Of a stretch of 64,000 nucleotides of DNA, positions 34,160 to 46,400 are shown piece after piece. The position numbers and the translations under genes were made by a program. The first letter of the stretch is position 1; each line of letters opens with the position of its first letter. Location: NCBI GenBank assembly GCA_905178155.1, contig CAJINV010000001.1, positions 14,033,265-14,097,264 on the forward strand, read 5' to 3'. This DNA is from Amoebophrya sp. A120 (Eukaryota > Protista > Dinoflagellata). The notes beneath the pieces were generated by a model. That model made no database searches. It was not told the DNA's origin and worked only from the letters and a program-made list of their open reading frames with translations.

Positions 34160-35987
34160 TTACCGCTTAGCTATTTTGTTCTTATCGTTGTATTTGTTGT
34201 GATTCATCGGTCGCACCGTGCGCACCCACTGCGTTTCATTTGATTTGGTCACGTCTTCTTGTTCGACACCATTGTTGGTACTTGGAACGCCAATGCCTTC
34301 CGCTTTCCCCGACGTGGCCCACATTCCAAATCCGCTGAGCACACTGCCGGCACCCACGGCTGCGCTGGCGGTGTAGGTGCCGACGTAGGGTCCGAATTCG
34401 TCTACCCCGGCCGAGACGCCAAACACAATCGGCGCGAAAGAGATATCGTTGCTGCGGGTTTCCGACGTGTCGCCGAAGAGCTCAATTTCCGCATACCCTT
34501 CGCCAAACCAGAGGGAGCCCAGAGAGGAACCGACAGCAATCCCGCGGTTGAATATGATTCCACCCGTCCCGCCGCTGGTGTCATCATCTGCTTCTCGTGC
34601 GGACGCGCCACAATATCGGCGTTGGTGTACTACGCGCGAGCTATCAGGATTGGTTCGCTTCATTTCTGCGCTAGTTGGCTTGCGGTTGGTCTTTATTCCG
34701 GATGTTGTAGTCGTGTCACTGTTTTTGGCTGGCGCCTGCCTGTCTTTTCTCGCCGCGGTGGAGGTTGAATTTTCGTTGCACAACCCGATGTATGCACTGC
34801 AAAAGTATCGCACTCGTATAAATGCACTACAAATTTCCTCAGCGTGAGAAATAAAATTTGTATTGCGGATTTATCCTAAGAAGAAGCTTTGTAATGCATG
34901 ATTGCAATTACTACGAGTACGATGCTTTTGCACAGGATACGATGTACGGCCCAGTGTCGATCGACCAGCCCAGAATTGACCGGGGATCAAACGGAGACCA
35001 ATACACACCGAGGAAAAGACCCGCTTCTGCGAGATTTTCGGTCTTACTAGCCAGTGTATGCCCGGCTAATTCATCGAGCTTCTTCTTTTCTTGAAAGCGT
35101 GCCAGAATCTTTTCGCGGCCCGACGTTTTGCTTTCGACCGTTCTTGGGAAGGTCGAGACCAAAAGCTGTTTTCCGGACGAATTATCGGATTGCAGTTTTG
35201 CTTCGTCAACAAAACTATCTCTATCGACTTTTTCAGGTCGGTGCGCTGATGCTGTTCTCGAGGCAACACCATCTTCGGAGGTGTGTGATTCCGCAGCTAG
35301 GACCGTCGGTTGACGCCGACGAGACGAGTGATGCAGATGCGCTTGCGTCAGTGTGGGCTTTGAAGATCGGAATTCGTCATTTTCACTACTTTTAGCTGGG
35401 TTCTTTTGGTCACCCTCACGACGCAACAACTCTTCCACATCCACTGACGAAGTCTTGCTCGCAGTCGAACCTCTTCGAGTCGGTAAAAAAGTCCGCGCTG
35501 CCGGGATCGAAACTTGTTTTCGTTCCCCGTAGCGAGACCGACGCTCGCGCCGCTTTGGTGCCGACAGTGCTGACGCGCATAGCTTGGTTTCCTGCCCAAC
35601 GACCTGATCTTCCACAGGAGGGTTTTTCTCTTCTACTACTCTGCGTCCAGCAATGCGAGAGGCCTGCTCATGACTGCTCCCACGAACAAGCAACCGCTCC
35701 ACGTCGATGCAATCTGAATCTTGCAAAGCATGATGAATTTCTACTACCCCTTCGTCGGCACTGCTACAATTGCTTTCGACCGATGACGCTGAAACCGATG
35801 TGGCCGACGTAAAGGACGAGTTGTAATCCTCGTCGGGGGAGGTATCTCCATCGCTAGTAGCCGTCGTACTCCGGGACGAACCGACGCTGCGACTACCAAC
35901 TTCGTCATCGTCCTCGCTCACACTTTGTCGTGGCGCCACATGACCTTGTTCCGCCTTGCGTTTATTTTGCGGATTGTATCTTTTCAT
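34160..35987 (-). CDS. Hypothetical protein (disordered S/E-rich N-terminus, Gly/aromatic-rich C-terminal part) interrupted by an introner; 3' end uncertain
   Basis: ORFs 34911-35987 and 34160-34813 join in frame as ...SIDTGPYIGLCNENST... when 34791-34939 plus one TSD copy is removed. Confidence 0.6.
34791..34939. mobile_element. 149-bp MITE-like introner; TSD CGATG; same family as 57513-57653
   Basis: Imperfect TIR tatgcactgcaaaagtatcgcactcgta / tacgagtacgatgcttttgcacaggata; direct repeat at 34786-34790 and 34940-34944; alignable along its length with the 57513 copy. Confidence 0.9.
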
Positions 35988-37472
35988 GCTGCCTGCACTT
36001 CTTGTCGAAAACGAAACTTACGATACGGATATTACTGAGACAAGAGACGGGGACAATGAGGCTGGGCAAAAATAAGTCACGGGTGATTGAACTAGAACTT
36101 ACTTGAAATCACGCTGTGCAAGTAAATAAGTACATGAGTGGTCGGAATAAATGGCAAATGTGGGAAGTTCAAGTTGGTTGAGAGGCGTTTGGATAAAAAC
36201 CCGAATATGTAAAAATCGCAAGACGCATCTGGCTTCGTACATTCCGATGGATTTGCCTTCTTAGCCACTGACCGAGCCAAATTTCACGTCAACAAATCCA
36301 AAAACTCGAGCCGTTACCGATTCAAAACATGCGCCCAGGCACACACTGCGACCGACCAAGTGAACCGATTCCTTAGATCAACGAGCCACGAAACTGAAAT
36401 ACCGAATGATCGGGAGTGGACAAGATGATAAGCCTGCTTCTGCTTTATCATTACAGCCGTGATTTCCGACAATACATCGAGGATCCGCTCCTGTCGTGTA
36501 CCGCAGATGAGCTCCAATGCTGTATTCAATGCTTTTCGTTTTCCTCGCTCCTGCTGGGTAAGAGGCCAAAGCTCATCAATACTGCTGCGCGAGCCGCCAG
36601 ACCGGAGCGCGATGCACGACATGCAACTCGCATGCAAAATGAGAGAATGTTGCTTACAACTGTGATGACTTCTTCTAGTTTTTCTGCTTGTTTTCTTGAG
36701 GATGCACGAAGATGGTTCTACCTTGCATAGATACCGTTGGAAGATACAGCCAATCTCTCGTTTCATTCATTTTCTGAATAGAAACTTGCGTGTAACATAT
36801 CTTTAGCACAACACAACTACTGGAAACTCAAGTATCTTTCCGAAATGGAGGTTCCTCTACGTTCATTCTTTTTTCACACCATGGATATGGGCGCGAAGAC
36901 TTCAAAAAAAAGGAACAAATACAAAGGGACGCGATATTTTACATGGATAAAAGCACAAAGGTTCATGTTCGAGTCGACTTTGGACTTGAATTTACTTACT
37001 GTAGCGACAACATATCTGTAGCAACAACACAAAAAAAAGCTCTTCAAGAAGATTTATGAAGAATAGCGAATCATTAGTCCGAAGAGGAATCTTGTATTTT
37101 CTAGATGGATCATTTATCTGAAAAATCCTCGTAATCCTGATGGATAAAGTTCGAAAAAAAGAGCGAGTTCGAGTTCGAGATCGAGTTTGAAAAAAGATAC
37201 GCGTTTGGGACTTATTATTAAGTCCTCCGGCTGACCACGCCCTCCTGATACTCTAGCGCTGAAGAACAACTCGTGGTCAGTACTGCTTTTCATAATTTTA
37301 CCTTTCTGTAGCTGTACGTGGTCTGCCGTTTGAAATACGATAAGTAAAAGTCATGAAAGATGAAAACGAAAACTGAGAATAGATAAGATTGATAGGAGGA
37401 AAAAAGTCTTCGTACTAAGTGAGTCCAGCAGCTAAATGTGAATTATCTACCTGCAGCCAAGTACTTAGTCTC

Positions 37473-40400
37473 TCAGTTGATGTTGAGCCTGGAAATGGAC
37501 AGGGAGTCAGCACCGGCGGAACTCGACTCCTGGGCCGGGATGAGTTCCTCTGGTCCCTTGAAGATGCGCACGAGATCTAGAACGCATTCGCCCAACAAGT
37601 CTTCGAATAAGTCGTCCGCCAGCTGGTGCTTCACTTGCACAATCTCTGTGTCCACGTGCAGCCAGTTCTTCTCCTCCTCCTTGATCTCGGCAAATAGCAG
37701 GCGATCCAGGTCTTCCTCTTGCATCGGAAAATGGTACTCCACAGTCGTATCGTCGCGCGCTGTTGATGATGTTTTCGATTTCGAGAAAAACAAAAATTTC
37801 ACAATCTCGAAAAATGTAGCGTGCTGTCGTCCGACTTTGAAAAGAGAACCCCCCAGAAACGAAGATTGAATCTACGTATGGACGTCATACAAAGTCATCA
37901 GATGAAAGTACCGCCAGTATTTCCCTGGTTCCCCAAGTGTGGCGCGTTGATGCAGAAGCGCAGGCACTCGTCGCACAGCAATTGCGTGAACTGTTGCCAG
38001 GTCGGCGGTTTCTGGTTCTGCATTTTCAGGGAATAGAGGGGCGACACGCCGACGCCGGTTTTCCAGCGTTGCGACTGCTGTCGGTCGAGCAATTGCTCGC
38101 GCACGTACTTCTGGTCGCGCGCCAGCTCGTAGAACGTGTCAACCAACAACTCCAGGCAGTTGAGCTGCGGGAACATCTCTTCCTCCGCGGATAGCGGCTC
38201 GGCTCCGGAAGCCGCAGCGCCGCTGGGCTTCAAAATTTCAATCGCCCCGCCCGTCAAGCTGATGTTTGCACTCAAGCTACAACAGAGTTTGCGAAAGAGT
38301 GCGGGGAATTTCTGCTCCAGCCGCTCCGTCAAGTCGTCCGCGGTGAGAAACTTCGTGAGGTCCGCAGGCATGTACATGCTACTGTCCGGGTAGTTTTCGT
38401 GTAACTCCCGCACTGCGTCAACAAACTCACTGACCAGGTTTTTCACGTCGTGCACCGTCCGTCTGCGAGGCGAATAGCTAGACGGATCCTCCTCTTGCTG
38501 GAAGTGCTGCTGTTGTACCAAAGACGCTTGGTGTTCCTGTTCTGCACTGGACAGGAATGGATGTCCTAAAATTTGCGAAGACGCCGTGGCCTGGGCCTGC
38601 AGGGACAACATGTCCGTACTTATTGGCTGGTGAAGCTGCGGGTGACTCAAAATCGTGCTCGTTCCAGCTGGAGATGACGACGACAAGCACAAGCTTTTCA
38701 AAACGTTCGTACGATCCACGTCCTGCCACACTTGTTCGTAGATGTCCCGCACGACGTCCTCGATGCAGGCTGCGAGCCGGTCGGCCGGCGGGCTTTCTCC
38801 ACCTGTCGCAGCAGGGGGGGTCGACCTCCTACTGGACGAGATTTCCGCACTGTGGTCTTCTGGTAACTGCAACTCGACTCCGACTACTTCCGCAGAGCCC
38901 CGCGCCCGCGCGGACAGAATGTCCTCGGAGGAGGAGCTCGAAGTCGAATCCCCACCCAGCGGCCCCAGCATGTCCCGCAAAGTCCTGCGGTCGCGCGAGG
39001 GCACCGGCTGCAGCACCGTCACCACAGTTGCGGTGGAGGAATCCATGTTGTTCATCAGATGCGAGCTGTCGCTCTCGATCGCCGGGTAGTCATCGAACGG
39101 CTTCCCCAAGCTCCCCTGCGGGCGGTCGACCAGCCCTTGCTCGTTGTCGGAACTGCTCGTCTGCTCCTGCTTCAGCGGACTGGTGACCTCCTCCCACAGG
39201 TCCGCGTTGTTTTCGTGATAGCCAAGGTCCCCGCTCACGTCCAGCTCCTTTATGGAAATTTCGTCTTCGCTCGCCATGCCGGCGATCAGCGCTGCCGTGG
39301 CAGAGGTGCGGGCTTGTTCGACTGGTCGCGCTGCGGGCGGCGATGATCCGGTGGGTGAGGGTTGCTGCGGGGCTGTGGTTTGCTGTTCGGGAATTGCGGG
39401 CTCCTCCAAGACGACGACCCTGGACACAAGAGGTTCGTCGTACGCGTCGTCTACACTTATGTCTTCTTCAATTACGTCAGACTCGACCTCTTCTGCCGCC
39501 GGCGACGCCTCCTTGGAGACACCCTGCAGGTTTATTTTCAAACAATCTCATTGTCATTTTGGATTTTCTTCTTCTTCAAGAAAAGCAACATTTGCAAGGA
39601 AGATCAACGTAGACAAGAGCAGCGAGCAAGTTCTTGCGCAGCCCCGCACCTAGATCTTCTGATGGCATGGCCTTGGCCATGGCGGATTCAGTCCCTCTGC
39701 AATATTTCTGATTCTGTAGTAAGTACCTCAGCCTCTGGCACCGAACTTCGGTCTTTTGCGGAGCTGCTGCTGGCTTTGCTCAATCCGGGCGCAACTGCGT
39801 CCGGCGCTGAGGACTTGTCCTTTTTCGCCTCGGAGTCCGAGAGCGCGGGGGTGCTGTCTGAGGATATGGCACCCAGCGCTTTGTTCAACAGGTCCTCGTC
39901 AACGGCATCCGAGGGAGATTCCTGTCGACTAGATCCCCTGCTCAGGCGGGCCTGATTTTGCAAGAAGTGTGTGAGGATATCACAATAGCTGCTTGGAGTT
40001 CATCATCATCTAGTTTCTTTATCGTTATCGAAGAGCAGCAGTAGTCATGCTCATGTCGATCAAAACATACAAGCGACTAACTCGAATATTTTTATTTGTA
40101 TTTTTTCGTCAATCTTCATCATACCACAGGCAGCTGCCCGGCGGGCGTTGTTGGTGTGTCGGCGGTTTTCTCTGGCGCGTGGTCCACGAAGCGACCTAGT
40201 CGGACCTCGATCTGCGCTTCTGAGTGCGATGACGTGCTGGACGCGGACGAGATTGCGTCGTCCTGCTGTGTCGTCCGTGGCTTGAGCTTCGATCGCTGCG
40301 TCGCGGTCCCCGGCGTCATCACGACGTGCGTGGCGACAGATCCCGCGGGCGAGCTGCTGGTAATCGGGATCTGCAGCTCATTGGGTGGATCATCCGGCGG

Positions 40401-43400
40401 CGTAGAGGCCGGCGCTTGCTGCTCCGTCGGTGTGGCCGCCGCCGCAGCTGCCGAGCTCAACGCTGCCGCGGCGCTCAAGCTGGTCGTGAGTTTGCCCGCG
40501 GTCGTCCCGACGGGGGAGGAAGAAGAAGTTCGCTTCGACGAGTCCGCCTTGATGCGCAAAGACGTCGACGCCTGGAACTTGTTCATTTGCTGCTCCAGGT
40601 CGTTGAACTCTAGCCGCCTCTTCGCGTGAGAGGCTTTTGCTTCCGCCTGCTGCCTCTCCAGGTCCGTCCGCAAGCGGTCCGCCTGGGTGCGAATGCTCTT
40701 CATCTTGCGCTCCACCCACCGCGGGGACCGGAACACGCTGCTCTGCTGGATCTCCTCGATCTTGGCCTTTGCGCGCTTGTCCAACGCTGACTTCTGAATG
40801 TCGTACAACTCGTCCTCGATGCGACGCCGGCTCTCCTCCTCCTCATCGAGCTTCGTGGAGAGAATGGAAATGAACCGACTAAAATTGTCATTTTCCATAC
40901 TGGAATCCAGCAGCGCATTCGCCCCGAGAGCAAAGCGTCCGCCCAACTCGCCCACGTTGGAGCTGCTGTTCGACACCACCGAGCGGCTGCTGCTGGGCGC
41001 GGAAAGTAACAAGTCCCCCCCGGCTCCGAGCGGCTTACTTTGCGAAGGAAGTAAGTGTCCGTCCAGGGACGCGGACAGCTGGTGGTGCTCCGACGCGGGC
41101 ATCGAGGGAATGATCTTCTTGATCATCTTTTTGTGCTTCGAGTGCTTCATCACCAGTCGGAGGCGCTCGCTGCTCAGACTCGAGGCCTCATTCGGCGAGC
41201 ACAGGTTGAGCGGGCTTTCGCCCAGGTGCTCTTCGATGTCAGCGAGGTGCAGAGACTTGAGACCGATCCCGGGCGGTTTTTTCCTGCCCGTCGTAGTCGT
41301 CGTTGTTGTCGACGACGTCGTCCCTTTTACACCAGCAGCTTGAGCGGAGAGCATGGTGTCCAGGCTCTTACCGATCAAGCCTTGTTGGTTCAGCCCTGAA
41401 GACGACGAGGCCATCTCCTGGAGAGAGAACTCGCCGTCGGCGCTCGTGCCGAACCCTAGCGCTCCCGTTCTTGTTCCCGAGCCCGGGCTTGGCTCCAGCC
41501 CCGCCTTCTCCTCGTCCGCGCCGTCCTTGCTGCGGTTCACGGCTGGCGTGGAGGAGGAAGAACTGGTGGACAGGGACTGCTGTTTAGTCGCCGCACTTGC
41601 TACATTTTCTCCTCCTCCTGCCAGCAGCGAGGAACCGACGGTCTGCGCCAGCAGCTGCTCTTTCAGGTTTTCAGTGTCCTGTTTCCACCGCTCCATGGTC
41701 TCCCGGCGTTCCTCGGCCCACGCCTCTTTCTCCTTTTGTAGGGCCTCGCGCTCGGCCGCAAGCTTCGCTTCCTGTTCCTCCTTTTCCTGCTTGATTTGTC
41801 TCTGTTTCCGCTCCAGCTCCTCCTTCTCCTGCTGCAGCGATCGCTGCTGCACCATTTCCTGTGCGATCACGGTTTCCTGGGTCAGTTCCGCGAGCGTTTG
41901 CTGTCTGGTGCGCTCCGCCACGTGGAAAAAGTCCTCCATCATCTGCTCCTGTACCTCCTGGTGCTCCTCTATCATCTCCTGCTGTACGGCCACGGCGGTG
42001 ACCACCTCCGTTTGCCGCTCGTACGCCTGGGCGCGCCGCGTCACCAGGTCGTTGGCCATCTGCTCTTGCGCCTCGATGGTGTCGAGCAGGGCCAAGCTTG
42101 TGACAAACTGGTCCTGCAGCTCGTCCGGAGAGAACCGGGGCACCTCTGACTTCTGCTCGGCCTCCGGCAGCACAGCCAACGTGAAGCCCTCGTCCTCCCG
42201 CTTAGTGGACGTGAGATCCAAAGCTTCGCCAGCACTTCCGGAGGATACTTCTTCGACGGCAGTAGAACTCGCTGCTGGAAGAGTTGCGTCTAACGCACGA
42301 GAGGACCCGTCATCCAACTCGGGTGCCTGAAAATAGAAATAAAAATATGCGCTCAGTAGCAGTACTAGTACGATAAAAACACTAGTTTCATTCTAAGTAT
42401 GCAGGTGCTGCGTTAAGGACAATGTCAATGAAGAATGTAAACTGCTGCTTTATTTGTGCTGGAAGCAGTTAAAGTAGTTGAAGTTGTCGGAGCAAATGGC
42501 AGCACAACCCTTAATACATAGACATACCCTTAGTGCAGCTGCCGCTCCTGCCCCAGAAGTAGTTTCCTCAACCGCATCTGAAACGACTGGAGCGGCGGGC
42601 GGACGAATCACCGTAACGGGTTGGTTAGCGATGCTTTCGAAGAACGAATCCCCCCGAAGCACCTCTTCCGATTCGGACAGCGCGCTGCGCTCGCCGCGCG
42701 CGTTCTCTACTTCCGGGTTCGTGACCCGGATCTCGGAGGCGGCCGGTGCGATGGAGTCCAGGTTGCCCTCTTCTGCGGTCACCGCTTCCTCCAGGCCGTC
42801 CACGGTGTTCGCCGGCTCCGGGGCGTTTAGCGTTGCTCCGAGCTGGCGGGTTAGCACGTCCGCGATAGAGAGATCGTACTCTTTGTGCAGCTGCGCGTAC
42901 TGTGTCAGTTGCTCGGGCGTGGCCTGCTCGTATGCCGGCGGCGTTGTTTGACCAAGCGGTTGCCACGACTCCCCGCCGCGCGACGGCGGCCGCGCTTGTT
43001 GTGCGCGGTGTCCACCACGGGAGGGTGGTCGGGCGCGATCCAAATTGCGGCCTTGCTGGTGCAGCAGTGCAGCCTTCCGTTCGCGCCGCCGACGAACCCG
43101 TTCCAACGCGGACTCGCCGGAGGGAAGGATTCCTGAGAAGTTTTGGCGTTTCGTTTTTGGAAAATCGACATGCAATTCAAATGAATGACCGGAGAACCAG
43201 GTCCTGAGGGGGCATTGCTGATCTTCGTATACGTAAAAAATTCATGAGAGATTCTTGACGCTGATCATGTTGCCAAGCAAAAGCAATTACGCAAATTGGG
43301 TTTTACCATGGTCATCCTGTTCCACCTCCTCCACGGAGCGAGCGAAGTCCATGAGAGGGTCAATGTCGGCAGTGGTCAAGGGAAATTCCTCTTCTGATCG

Positions 43401-46400
43401 TTCGTTGTCACTCCTCGTCCTTCCTAGCGGACTGGACTCGTCCCGCTCGTGCGCTTGTCTTTGCCTTTGTTCCCCGACCGAAAACTGCAACATTTCTGGT
43501 GCTCGTGCTCTTGCAGGCGATCGGTTCGCGGCCCGGATGTTTTCCTGGTCCTCGGCCATCTCCGTTGCTGTCCACCCGAACTGCAACCTCCCTCCGCGAC
43601 TTCCCGCGCGCCCTCCTGCAGGAGCACTGCTCGGCCGGGATAGTTCCTCCTTGACTGGACTGCGCGACCGGCTCCGGCCTTTAGTTTCGCTCAGTGGATC
43701 CGCGTCTGTTTCGCTCAGCACTGGCTTCATCTCGCTCCCGGTCCACATTAAGGGTACGCCTGGCTGAGCACCGTCCGTGTTGTTCTCGTCTGCGTAGAAA
43801 CTCAGGATGTAATTGTGCAGGTCCTTTCGCACACGTCGACCCCGGACATAGGCCTGCAACCTTGTTGCCGCAAAGTCCGGGTCCATGGTGTCAGGAGCTT
43901 CCTGGTGCACAATTTTCGTGAACTTTTTCTTCGTATTAGCAGTTTCAGAAGCTGTTCCTGGGGCACGTGGGCGTTGAGTGCTGTCGGTTTTTCTGGTACT
44001 TGTTGCATCTGAAGATACTTGCTTTGGCGTGTAATCATTCATCGGTGCAGCTGGGGGGGTGGTCGGACGCGCAGCAGCCGTGGCTCCAGGACGTCTCTCG
44101 GGATTCGATGACGCTGCAGCCGCGCTTACGGGGCGAGTAGCGGACGAACTTGCATTTCCTCTACTAGTAGCGGTATCCGTGTCCAAGATCGTCCTCGAAG
44201 GGGCTACAAACGCTGGAGGTTTCTTTGCCGACGGTCCGGAGAGAGACTTTTCCGCCTCTGCTTTCATGGCCCGCTCCAGCGGAGAGGACTTTTTGCTCGG
44301 TTTTTGCGAGTCCAGCTGGTCCGCGGGTTTGCTTCGTGCGAGGCGTCCGGGGGGGTCGAACGACTTTGGCGAGGCCTTGTGGGTGGGACTGTCGCGAATC
44401 GATAATCCTGCAAAAAACATGGCGTGTAGGTCCTCTGCACTGGCGGTCGCCGCTCCGCGTGAAACATACTCTTCCAGGACCTGGTCAAAATTGTCTGTGT
44501 ACCGAGGCAGCCGACTATCTTCCAAATCTGCGACGTACCGCGGAAGCACATCTCCGATCGTTCGCTGCGGCGCTCCTTTCGGTCGCGGTTTGTCGCGGCT
44601 GAGCTGACCTCCGGTCGCGATTCCGCCACCAAAAAGGGCGGAAGACCCCGGGAGCCGCAATATTCTTGAAGGCGGCGCAGAGCGGTTGCGGCGCTTGCTG
44701 CCCGCCTTTGCATCCTTTGGTGCGCTGGTTGCGCGTTGCGCAGCGGTGGAACGCTCGCCAAGCCTGTTTTTCCTCGCGCGATCCTTCTGTACATGCGAAA
44801 ACGTTGTAGCTTGTTCAATGGGCAAGTCACTTTGTCGTAGGAGAGGGTCGCTAAAATCTGGCATCATCTCGCGCGCTTTCGCGCTCGGCTTCGATGAGTC
44901 GCCTAGTCTTAGCTTCGTCGTTCCGAGTGACCGGCCTGCAGCATTCAGTGCTGTCTTCGGAACCGCCACTGCAGCAGAAGTCCAAGCTCCACTGGCACTA
45001 CTTGTAGAAGCCGGTTTTGTCTTGGCTTTCGGTTTTGTGAACTTCGGCTTTGAAGGTCCGCTCGTTTCTGACTTACTGGAAGCGGGCTCGCTCTTGCCGT
45101 CGCCCACTTGCGGTATGTTCACAATTGCACCGGTAGGGACCTTATTCCGTGGCTTGCCACTCGAAGACGATGCAGCCTGGGCCGGCGCCGGTCCGCCATC
45201 TTGCGAGCTTCTGTCTGTTGCAGAGCCACCTGCGAGATCGGCGTTGGGAGAGCCACCGATGATCCGCTCCTCGGGCACAAAATCATACTTTATTTCGGCT
45301 GCTGTGCTTTTATCTACCTCACCGGCCGCACCCGCGGAGGCTCTTTGATCTTTCCTAGATCCAACTTTTGCACCAGCAGCTGCACCGGGCGTCTCAGCCG
45401 GCTTTTGCTCCGCTCTTCTATTGCTAGGCGCAGTGCCTTGGTCGCCCGAGGCTGCGGCTGATGGCTTGGCGCGGTACATTTCGTCCAGTTTTTTCAACTG
45501 CTCCTGCTTTTTTCGCTCCTTTTCTTCTTCAGCGGCTTTTTTCTCCTGCTCCTTCCGGTTCCATTCAGACAAAAACACCTTTGCCTGCTTCTGCGAATAT
45601 TTCGGAACATCTTTTGCTTTTGACTCTGCAGCAGTCGCGCCGGCCCCTGTCGTGGCTGTCGACGACTTTTCTGCTGCAGGCGGCTTCTTGCTTGCGGCTT
45701 CGAGCTCTTCTTCCTTTTTCCGGAGCTCTTCCTGCTTTTTCTTGTACTTCGCAAGGTTGGCTTTGGCTTGTTTCTGCGAATACCAACCCTGATAACCGTG
45801 TGTCGCTTGTTTCTTGGCGCTCGGGGTCGCATCCGGATCTAGATCGGCATTTTGTTCTTCCGTGGCATTGTTCCCCTGCGTGCGCGCACTTGCTCGGGCG
45901 GAAAACTTCGCTTTTGTCATCGCTGTGGACGTGCTGCTCTTGGACGACGGATTTACGCGGCTGTCGGCGGAGACCGTACGCGCATTGCTTTTTTTCGAGC
46001 TCGCCGCGGACGGCGTTGCGTCCTTCTTCTCGGGGCTGCGCCCGCGCCCCGCGCTGCGATCTCGAGCCGTCTCTACACCGCCCTTCGCAACGCCCGCGCT
46101 CGCGGCACTGGGGCTCGTCGTGGCTCTCAAACCACTACTTCCGTACAGCAGATTTTTCCGCTCGTTCAAGATCGCACTGATTTCGCCCTTCAGGCTCGTA
46201 AGCAACGGCTGCGTCTGGTTAAAGCGCTCTCGCACACTATAAGAGGCTCAGCTGCACAAATCAAAGAAATTTTAAAAACCTCGACTAGCTACGAAAACCG
46301 ACTTCAAAAACTATCTACTGCTGTATTTAGCACGATGACTAGCTAGCCAGTTGAAAAGTGGGCTGCCTCCTCGCGGATGCGCGGAGGACTTGGCAAAAGA

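Noticed and set aside
36314-36766. 150-aa ORF as an independent gene
   Set aside because: No motif and partly intron-like composition; it could hide an exon but cannot be supported.
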